This document shows positions 10,841-19,845 of a DNA stretch of 19,845 bases, piece by piece (the first letter of the stretch is position 1; the number at the start of each line of letters is the position of its first letter). The notes under the pieces are model-generated. The model ran no database searches and was not told where the DNA came from. It saw only the letters and a list, made by a program, of their open reading frames with translations. The stretch is from Tubiluchus corallicola (Eukaryota > Animalia > Priapulida): assembly GCA_030141605.1 (NCBI GenBank), contig JAQGDQ010001944.1, positions 1 through 19,845 on the forward strand, in the 5' to 3' direction. A program made the translations under genes and the position numbers.

Positions 10841-10985
10841 GGATTATTTTTCATATACTACTCCAATTTTCAAGTACGATACATTTTAACACAATTAATA
10901 TTGCAAAAGCGTTTCTGATAAATAAATTTAATTAACGTCGGGCGAGCCCATCTATAGATGTCATCACAAACTAACATAATTTTCA
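10838..10985 (+). mobile_element. Dispersed repeat family A, copy 3 (shorter)
   Basis: Shares tttttcatatacta, attttaacaca, gcaaaagcgtttctgataa, ggcgagccca and catcacaaactaacataatt with copies 1 and 2. Confidence 0.7.
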
Positions 10986-11014
10986 TCTGCGAAAGTAGAG
11001 CAAAAAATATTACC

Positions 11015-11080
11015 TTGGCGCGAGGCCACCTGGAGGGTGAGGCCCCGGGAAAGTATCCCTCCCCCCTGAAATAGGCCCTG
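11015..11080 (-). mobile_element. Terminal fragment of a hAT-like MITE
   Basis: Minus strand starts CAGGGCCTATTTCAGGGGGGAGGG, a GC-rich end typical of hAT MITEs. No partner TIR found. Confidence 0.4.
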
Positions 11081-11522
11081 GTACCAGGCTGCCGAAAATG
11101 ATACGCTGGAGAAAAACGTGTAGACTGCGTTAGTTTCCATACTGTTCCAGTTGCAAACAAAACTTTCAGTTATATAGGTAGCAGGTACAGCACACGGTAG
11201 CAGGTACAGCACACAATATTTATGTTAGCTTAGTATCTAGAATCTCCACTTCCTGTTTTACGAATTCGCCGCAAATCTCGAGTCTGATCCATAAGCAAAG
11301 TTGTTTTTCCAGCTGTTTTATTTCGTCATCAAAGGATTTATTTTCTTTCGCGGAGAATGTTCTGGCTGGCCTCTAATACTGAGTATTAGGCCTACATGCA
11401 GTACGAAGCCTCCTTTTCACTGAAGTCTCCTTTAGGAAGGTTCTAAATATTTATAATAAAAAATCAAGAACCATGCATTAGGAAGGAAGATATTTCTTGG
11501 AGGTGAAGATAATTAAACAGTC

Positions 11523-11703
11523 AAGGGTGCGTGGTTGGGACACCTTACTAAGTGAAACACAATATGTGAAGGGTGCGTGGTTGGGACACCTTACTAAGTG
11601 AAACACAATATGTGAAGGGTGCGTGGTTGGGACACCTTACTAAGTGAAACACAATCTGTGAAGGGTGCGTGGTTGGGACACCTTGGTAAGTGAAACACAA
11701 TAT
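11523..11703. repeat. 46-bp tandem repeat, about 3.9 copies
   Basis: Units start at 11523, 11569, 11615 and 11661. Confidence 0.95.
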
Positions 11704-11845
11704 TCAAACGCAGCAAGAACTGCCCCAGAGAAGCTTCAAATCAAAAGGAACGCGGGGCAACTAAAACAAATAGGTTCTCAAAACTGGAATCAAATATTGT
11801 TTTAGTTAAGAGTGCAAGACATCAAATAGAACCTCACGTGTCCTC

Positions 11846-12329
11846 ATGATGATCATTATAATAAAGATGATGACGATGACTCCAAGCACGGGGCTGACGA
11901 CTGCGATAACAATAATGATGGTGATGATCACGATGATGGAGATGATGATGACGATGACGGTGGATGGTGATAGTGATGGTGATGATGATGTTGTTGATGA
12001 CAAGGATGAACATATGGCGATGGTGATGATGAGAATGATGGCAATTATGTTGATGATGATGTTGATGATGATGACGACGACGACGGCGACGGCGAAGACA
12101 CCGATAACGATGATGATGGTGATGGCGATGATGATGTTGATGGTGATGATGATGATTATGTTGATGATGAAGATGACGGCGATGATGAAGATGATAGCAA
12201 TGATGATGATGAAAATTATGGCAATGATGTTGATAATGATGATGATGACGACAGCGATGAAGATGATGATGACGCCGACAACGACGACAAATAATGACGA
12301 TGATGATGATGGTGATAATGATAATAATG
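11846..12329. repeat. Degenerate (GAT/GAC/GGT)n trinucleotide tract in intron 2
   Basis: Read directly; explains the poly-Met, poly-His and poly-Ile ORFs. Confidence 0.95.
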
Positions 12330-12436
12330 TTTAATACCACTAATTTGTTTACTTTGTATTGTAAAGTGTATAATTCTCAGTGAAAATCTCGAGAGTCTGC
12401 TGGGTTATTTCACTCCTGTTTGCATTTATTTTGCAG

Positions 12437-12533
12437 GCTAAACACATACCAACAAAACGAGGGAGTTCTTTACTGCAAAAAAGACTTCAGAGACGAAGTG
12501 ACAGCCAAAAACGAACAAGCTGCTGTAGTATAG
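12437..12533 (+). CDS. Single-LIM-domain protein, coding exon 3 (Q-LNTYQQNEGVLYCKKDFRDEVTAKNEQAAVV-stop)
   Basis: Acceptor tttattttgcag ending 12436. The phase-2 junction CA|G gives Gln and completes the second zinc finger (C-x17-C-x2-D). TAG at 12531-12533. Total CDS is 237 nt, 78 aa. Confidence 0.92.
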
Positions 12534-12774
12534 ACGTCAATCATAGGATTCTACAAGTAGATGGATATTCCATATAATCTTTCCACACAGAAATATCCAA
12601 TTGAACTGTTAGTGTTTTGAATTATTTTGAGCCTTCCAGTTCTGAACAAGCTGCTGTTGTATAGACGTCAATCATAGTATTCTACAAGTAGATGGATATT
12701 CCTTATAATCTTTCCACACACAAAAAACCAATTGAACTGTTAGTGTTTTGAATTATTTTGAGCCTTCCAGTTCT
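12513..12774. repeat. 131-bp tandem duplication of the LIM gene stop codon and proximal 3'UTR
   Basis: 12513-12643 and 12644-12774 differ by only a few substitutions. Confidence 0.95.
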
Positions 12775-12975
12775 GTGCAAGCAAACAGTCTGCCTAGATC
12801 ATGCCAGATATCATATCCAGTTGTTATTTGAATTCTACGTTCGTTTTGAACTGTAATTTTGTTTTTTAGTCAATCGCTGATTGTGAGTGTGTATAGTTTT
12901 GTATAGCTGTTGATTGTAATCAGATATTCGTTAAGTTACTTAACGCCATTTGTCGAAATTCCAGAGATGAATTAT

Positions 12976-13578
12976 GTAGTAGTAGTAGTAGTAGTAAAAT
13001 CTTGTTTGCCATTTTAAAAACATTGACCATCATAATAAAAGACAGACAATCAGTGTTAGTTCATATAAAAACATACACTGTTCTGGGCAAATGCGTCTGG
13101 TGCAGGCTAAACTATAAGTGCAACTAGAAATTCAAAAATAAAATATAAACTCTAGTTCAGTAAGGTCTTGGAAAAGGAAAGTATGATTTGAGTGAGTATC
13201 ATCGTGTTCGTATGTCGGATATTCAAAACGAGTCATTAAATGATTTCAAGAAGAGGGAGGTTACTGCTTTTGAAAGAATTAATATTCTTGATATATTTAT
13301 AGAGAAACAAGAACGTTTGATAATTGGCTGTGGGCTTCTAGTATGGGGATTTTCATGGAGTTTCTTAAAGAGGTGGCAGAATATTTACTTGTACTGTGAG
13401 ATGATTTCAAAGAATGACCATTAACTAATCGTAAAGCGTAGTTTTGAAGTACATTTAATTTGATGTATGACTCTCTTTTCACTTTTTGGTACAGTATTCA
13501 GGCATATAAATAATGGGGCAAAATTAAAGTTTTGTAAATTAGAATTCTTGTTTGTTTTGATAGCTGTCCTGTAAGCCT
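12976..13578 (-). mobile_element. 5'-truncated degenerate LINE (CR1/L2 group) with (TAC)n tail
   Basis: Minus strand reads LSKQTRILIYKTLILPHYLYA*ILY...KLNVLQNYALRLV, matching the post-RT region of CR1/L2-group ORF2. In-frame stops are present. Confidence 0.8.
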
Positions 13579-13634
13579 GTACTCTTAAGCGTTAATCTTA
13601 ACAAACCAGTAAAGCACAGTGTTCGCCATTGCAT

Positions 13635-13852
13635 ACATTGATGAAGTACAAAAGAAACTTTGCTGTATCCAAACTACTCAAATTGAAAAGCCTTTCACAG
13701 TTTCGTTGTGCGCACGCGCAATTGCTGTAGGTCAAAGGTTAAACATTGATGAAGTGCCAAAGAAACTTTGCTGCATCCAAGCTACTCAAATTGAACAAGC
13801 CTTTTCATAGTTTCATTGTGCGCACGCGCAATTGCTGTAGGGCAAAGGTTAA
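13635..13852. repeat. About 108-bp tandem duplication
   Basis: Copies start at 13635 and 13743 (acattgatgaagt...caaaggttaa). Confidence 0.92.
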
Positions 13853-13940
13853 GTGTAGCAGATCAACGCGTCTTAACTACAACCGCCGCGTGAGTAAAGG
13901 GTAAAGCAAAGCCGTCTAAGCACTATATGTATGAAACTAA

Positions 13941-14233
13941 GCTGTAAAGCGAGCGCAAGTTGTTATGAAAGATGAATTCCATCCAGGTAGTAAATATTTT
14001 GAAATGCTCCCCTCTGGTCATAGATTCCGCTCAATTAACGCTAAAACATCAATAACTTTAAATTCTTTCTATCCCGTTGCAATTCGCACCATCAACAGTA
14101 AATTTCAGTAAATCTCCAATATTAATTCTTTATGTCACCGTAAAACTGTTTGAATTATTTGTGTTGATCTCCTTGTTCTTTCTATAAGTTATTGCCGTTC
14201 CATTGTATGTATTATGCTTATGACAATAAATTG
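13941..14233 (+). mobile_element. 3' end of a Rex1/Babar-like LINE
   Basis: Reads AVKRAQVVMKDEFHPGSKYFEMLPSGHRFRSINAKTSITLNSFYPVAIRTINSKFQ* (stop 14109-14111), matching the recalled HP...F.LLPSGRR.RS...NSF.P.AI C-terminus. Followed by tgacAATAAA (14225-14230) and a microsatellite tail. Confidence 0.8.
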
Positions 14234-14782
<549 letters not shown>

Positions 14783-14809
14783 TGTGCCGTATCTGTTTAG
14801 TAACTTCAG

Positions 14810-15186
14810 TTGTTTTACGTGGACTTTACTTAATTATGCATTAGTTTGTGGGTAGAGTGATTTACTAGCACAATCTTGTTTGGGAACAAGAAAAAATGAA
14901 CTAGGTAATGTTCTAGCTAGCTGTTAAAATGGTTACTATATATATAACACAGTATAAGACAGTATAAATAATACCGTTTAAGACCGCACAATATATAAAT
15001 AACACAGTACAAGACAGTATAAATAATACAGTATAAGACAGCACGATATTTAAATAATACAGTATAAGACAGTATAAATAACACAGTATAAGATAGCACA
15101 ATATTTAAATAATACAGAATAAGACAGTATAAATAATACAGTATAAGACAGCACAATATATAAATAATACAGTATAAGACAGCAGC

Positions 15187-15223
<37 letters not shown>

Positions 15224-15359
15224 TAAAGGCATATAACAATTGTTTTATATGGACTTTACTTAATTATGCATTAGTCTGTGGGTAGAGTGATTTACTAGTA
15301 GGATCTTCCTTGGGAACAAGAAAAAATGAACTAGGTAAGGTTTAAGCTAGCTGTTAAAA
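14810..15359. repeat. 120-bp direct repeats enclosing a 55-bp minisatellite and (AT)n
   Basis: Direct repeats at 14810-14929 and 15240-15359; 55-bp units start at 14944, 14999, 15054, 15109 and 15164. Confidence 0.9.
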
Positions 15360-15984
15360 CTACTAGTATTACAATAGCTTAGGCTGTGAGGTGTTGTCAA
15401 GCGTACACAAAAGCGTTGTCTCGCACGCGTACCTTTGACCTTTTCACGATCATCGTCAATCGTTGGAACTGCGAAAAGGCTTATTAATAATAAGTGCACA
15501 TGTTCCCACACCTTCAATACTTGGGATCATCACGATCATCATCAATCGGGGGAACTGGGAAGAGGCTTATTACTCCCCTTTCAGACTGAAAAAAAGCTAA
15601 ACTCGTCTATTGCATCTTTGGCTGTTTGGAAATGTAATTCGCCTTGCAACTGTAGACGGTACCAGCTGTTGTTCCTTGGGTACACAAACAAAAATCCACA
15701 TTTAATTATCACGGAAGCTGCTACAGCTTCCCAATGGTGCTTCAAAGAGTCTTTCGGTGTTTTCGATTGCGTATTTCGTAACCAGTTCATTTAGTGTGTG
15801 CATGGCTCAACAAACATCGACTGTTGATATAATACTCGCGAACATTTGCTAGATTTCAACTTTTTCAAAGTTACACGGGATTTCATAAACTTATTACATT
15901 GTAAATGCTGATCCTTTATCAGGTTTAAAGTTTTAAAGTTTTAGCAGTCACGTTTTTAGTTTCTATAACAGACGTAATGGGCGT

Positions 15985-16114
15985 ATGATGACGATGACGA
16001 TAATGATGATGGCGATGATGATGACAAGACGACGACGATGGTGATGGCGATGACGGTGATGATGATGATGACGACTACGACGACAACGACGACGACGATG
16101 ATGATGATGATGAT
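15985..16114. repeat. Degenerate (GAT/GAC)n tract
   Basis: Read directly. Confidence 0.9.
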
Positions 16115-16398
16115 ATAATATTCAAGCTCTATATAATGCTTTTAGCTATCGTTAAGTGATTCTTTAGCCTTACGACATATATATATATATATATATAATT
16201 AAAAATAACGGCTACACATTAACGTGCGATTGAAAAACGCCCACCTTACGCAAGATTGAAGCCATTGTCAGACAGTTGAATAGAGAAGCCACCTTATCAT
16301 CTGCAACCTGCAATCTATCGTAACTTTAGCCGTTCAAAAGTTGCTTGCGACTGGTTTCTTCTTCATAGTTCAATAGTTGGTTCTTACTCTGTTAGCAT

Positions 16399-17065
16399 AG
16401 TTTAAACATAATTTATTATAGGATTGGATCAGACAGTTTGAACAACATGATCTAGGATCCTCACCACAACAGACTTTATACACTATTTACAAAAACATTT
16501 ACAGTAAGAATTGACTATAACTACACAAGTTGACAAGTTTTACTACAAGATTACATTAGATATTAGTAACATTTACAGTAAGAATTGACTATAACTACAC
16601 AAGCTGACAAGTTTTACTACAAGATTACATCAGATATTAGTAACATTTACAGTAAGAATATACTATAACTACACAAGCTGACAAGTTTTACTACAAGATT
16701 ACATCAGATATTAGTAACATTTACAGTAAGAATTGACTATAACTACACAAACTGACAAGTTTTACTACAAGATTTCATTAGACATTAGTAGAAAATGACG
16801 GTTAGAAAATATTAATGTATGAATATTTAAGACTGATACATTTCATATCAGATAGAAACTACTGGAAACGTTTAGTACGTAATATGAAGTCATGTATGCA
16901 TTGAAATATTGGAACAGATCCTAAGGCAGCTATATTAAGGTTTTCGGGCAGAAGTATTTCATTTAGTTTATCAAACATAACAACCCTAGTTTGTTGATAC
17001 AATGGGCAGTGCAACAAAAAGTGTTCAACTGACTCAAATCGAAATCCACGGTTACAATTCGCCAA
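16399..17065 (-). mobile_element. 3' end of a CR1-like LINE (ORF2 C-terminal zinc knuckle plus 3'UTR)
   Basis: ORF 16859-17065 contains ESVEHFLLHCPLY...R...IF..IHDFILRTKRF*, characteristic of invertebrate CR1 ORF2 ends. The minus-strand 3' end has a hairpin-like ggatc...gatcc segment, then AATAAA (16412-16417) and ttatgtttaaact. Confidence 0.8.
16495..16790. repeat. 74-bp tandem repeat, 4 copies, inside the CR1-like 3'UTR
   Basis: Units start at 16495, 16569, 16643 and 16717. Confidence 0.97.
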
Positions 17066-17695
17066 TATTGGATGACCGTTACATTTATCTTTACAAATTA
17101 TCTTACTCTGTTATAGCCTACGCTACATTCAAAGGAAGCCAATTTCACGTTTGACTGGCTACGCCCGTTATTGGCAACAGTTCTGTTCGGGAAACAGCGG
17201 GATTAGTTTGTTTTGTACGCCTGGGCAGTCCTGTAACAACATTCGCCCCGACTGCTGAAGTGTGTTTGTCGCAATTGCCAAAATTAGCCACTTGGTCCAG
17301 AAGCCAGACTGCTGGAAGAGGTTGTTGAAGAAATGTTTCGTCATTTGACGGTCCGGTGATGACACTATGGCTTCGTCGCGACTGGGATTCTGGTGTAAAC
17401 ATAAATGAGTGGTTTCCTCTCATGTAATAAGCTGCACAATTGGCTTGGCAAAGTTAAAGGAAAACCGGACGATTGCTTAAACTCAATCTCATTTTAATTT
17501 ACTGTCCAAAATATACAGTTTCTTGCCTATAAAAGTTAGCAATTGTTCCTTATATTTTAATAATTAGCTTAGAAAATTAATTAACGGCAACCGAACACAG
17601 CTATTGCTTACGTCAGAAACTAACCACAGTTTGTGCAATGGCAGGCGTCTTCCCTTGCGGGTCAAGCACGTTTGCATAAGTGTTACAGTACTGTT

Positions 17696-18952
17696 TAGAC
17701 ATAGACATAGACATAGACATAGACATACACATTTTATTTTTCTCCAATTTGTGTCACAAATTTCCATTTTACGAAAAAAATAACTTTGTCTGTGGAGATG
17801 GGGCGAGGAAAGACCATAGGTCATCTACTCACTCGCCCCTTATAATTTAATATTGATGACAGAAAAAAGAATTGATGACACAGCATGCAAATAAATTAAT
17901 CAAAATAAAGCAATAACAAAAGCAAGATTATAAAAACAAACATAGCATAAGTGAAGAAAAGAATAATAATAAATGAAGATGATGAATAAGTATCACAATA
18001 ATTAGTTACGAATTAAATAAAATGATAATAATGCACAGTTGTTTACAAAATTCTCGGCAACAAAAAATAATGTGAATATGATTATCTAACAGAAAAAAGA
18101 AACGTTAAGGCAAAGCAAAGCAGGTAATTTATGTCACCGTCCAAAATTAATCGCTAATTGGGTATAGTGCATACACAAAAAATGTGTTTTAGCAGTTTTT
18201 TTATATAAAATAATTTTTATTTACAAACAGTGGTTAAATAAAATGACGATGAAATTAATCACAATGCCGTAATTTATGTAGATTTCCCATATTAAACGAA
18301 TTTACACGTAATATTAGATTCACAATTTTATGCTGAATAATATTAATGAGTAGTAATTGTAAAAGAAAAAAATACTCTAATGTTAATACATATCTGTCTA
18401 GTAACGATTTTTTGTAGTTTTTAGTGATGGTATTTATGGGGTCGGTAGTGATGTTTCTTGGTAGAGAGTTCCACAATTTAACTCCCTTTGCTTTAAAGTT
18501 TAACACTAGTACATCCGCACCTGGTTTGGAAACTCTCTACAAAAAACAGTCACCACTAGCAGCCCTGGTATAGTGAGAATGTACTTCTGTAAGTGGCGTA
18601 AAATGATCATCAAAAATATCGGGTAGTAAACCCCGTTTATATTTACACATAAATTTTAGTAATTCTAAATTGGAAATGTCAAAGTTTTAGTACCGCTAAT
18701 TGTATGAATGATGGAGTGGCATGATCAAATTTTCCAGCAAAATTTAATGTTATTAGTTTGACGATTTTGTTTTGTTGTGTTTTTAAAGTTTTTAGTGTTG
18801 ATGAATATGCTGCTCCCCAGGCCAAAATGCAGTAACTTAAGTACGGACATGCTATTGATTGATATAGGAGTTTTAAGGTTGCTTGATTAACATATTTCCT
18901 TAGTTTTAATATGATTCCCGATATGCGACATATGTGATATGTTTGATGTGTG
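17696..18952 (-). mobile_element. 5'-truncated Crack/L2-like LINE with (TGTCTA)n tail
   Basis: Minus strand reads ICRISGIILKLRKYVNQATLKLLYQSIACPYLSYCILAWG...QQNKIVKLI, then after a frameshift FMCKYKRGLLPDIF...HSHYTR...GVKLWNSLP...YKKSLLDRY. Stem-loop at 17800-17839, AATAAA at 17733-17738 and hexamer tail at 17696-17727. Linkage across the AT-rich 3'UTR is inferred. Confidence 0.8.
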
Positions 18953-19148
18953 CTTACTTACTTACTTACTCACTCACTCACTCACTCACTCACTCACTCA
19001 CTCACTCACTCACTCACTCACTCACTCACTCACTCACTCACGCACGCACTCACTCACTCACTCACTCACTCACTCCTTCACTCACTCCTTCACTCACTCC
19101 TTCACTCCTTCACTCACTCACTCACTCACTCACTCACTCACTCACTCA
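18953..19148. repeat. (ACTT)n/(ACTC)n microsatellite
   Basis: Read directly; explains the THSL-repeat ORFs. Confidence 0.97.
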
Positions 19149-19845
19149 TCGACGACTGCCTCTCCTGCTCCCCATTCTGCCGTCATCTCTCTCCTGACTC
19201 CTGACCAGAGGCTTCATCGAGGAATGGTGCACCATAGAACGGTTGACTACACTACCTCTTGATGGAGCTGATTACGTGGACGACGACGTCTCCAAACTTT
19301 GACGACTCCTGATATACACGCCTCCACTAATACGACGCCAAAATGGGGTAGCATCCAAGCTCCTGCACTCGTCGCAAGGTAAGGATTACCAATTTTGTAA
19401 TCACAGCATCCCGCACCAACGACAGTATCATCAACGTCAGGTAAATACGAGTAAGTATCATCAGCAGCAGATATCATCGACAACTGGTAAGTGATGTATC
19501 ATCAGCGTCAGGACAATATAATCAGCAATAGGTAAGTATCATCGCGCGAACGCAATTGTCGTCTCTGCTTTAACCATGTAGAGTAGACAGATCGCGTTTC
19601 TACAAGCAAGCATCGTTGCTACTAAGCCATCATTGCGAACGCGAAAGCGTCCGCTTAACTCGACAACTTAAGGCGGAATACCTGGGCGAACCGAACAGCC
19701 AAAATTTCGTCTACGTGGCTTCAATCACGTGATATAGTAGTAATGCATAAACAGTATCATTGGATGTACAGGTGAAATCTGAACAGAACGAATTGGCTTC
19801 TAGCGTTATATAATTAAGCAGTTTAACTAAACTTCTTTTATAAAA

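Noticed and set aside
11806-12340. Poly-His, poly-Met and poly-Ile ORFs
   Set aside because: Degenerate GAT tract inside intron 2; the LIM domain splices cleanly across it.
12380-12577. ORF MKISRVCWVISLLFAFILQAK as a secreted peptide
   Set aside because: The hydrophobic stretch is the polypyrimidine tract of the exon 3 acceptor; the real reading frame is a different one.
13729-13741. Nuclear-receptor DR1-like AGGTCAAAGGTTA (similar site near 15431)
   Set aside because: Lies in repeat-derived sequence; function cannot be supported.
15435-15900. Possible decayed coding fragments (also 3240-3480, 6859-7098, 17145-17423)
   Set aside because: No recognisable motif in the frames I translated; a translated homology search would be needed.

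Overview
AT-rich, repeat-dense eukaryotic DNA, probably from an invertebrate metazoan; there is no prokaryotic gene content or CRISPR array. Nearly all ORFs in the supplied track come from simple or tandem repeats or are chance frames. The one convincing gene is missed by the track: a three-coding-exon, + strand gene (4813-4827, 9936-10060, 12437-12533) encoding a 78-aa single-LIM-domain protein, MPPKFQPKLEKCGVCTKTVYAAERIEAGGVIFHKMCFKCKVCKVTLQLNTYQQNEGVLYCKKDFRDEVTAKNEQAAVV. Around it lie an LTR-like end with a perfect heat-shock element and TATA box, a hAT-like MITE nested in a piggyBac-like MITE, 5'-truncated LINEs of four families, a dispersed TTAA-AG repeat family, and many mini- and microsatellites. 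I see no clear new multi-gene system. The best leads are repeat-derived regulatory features of the LIM gene: an ACTAAC array behind exon 2, a duplicated stop-codon region, and a candidate LINE-derived polyA signal. Transposon family assignments come from recalled motifs, not database searches.
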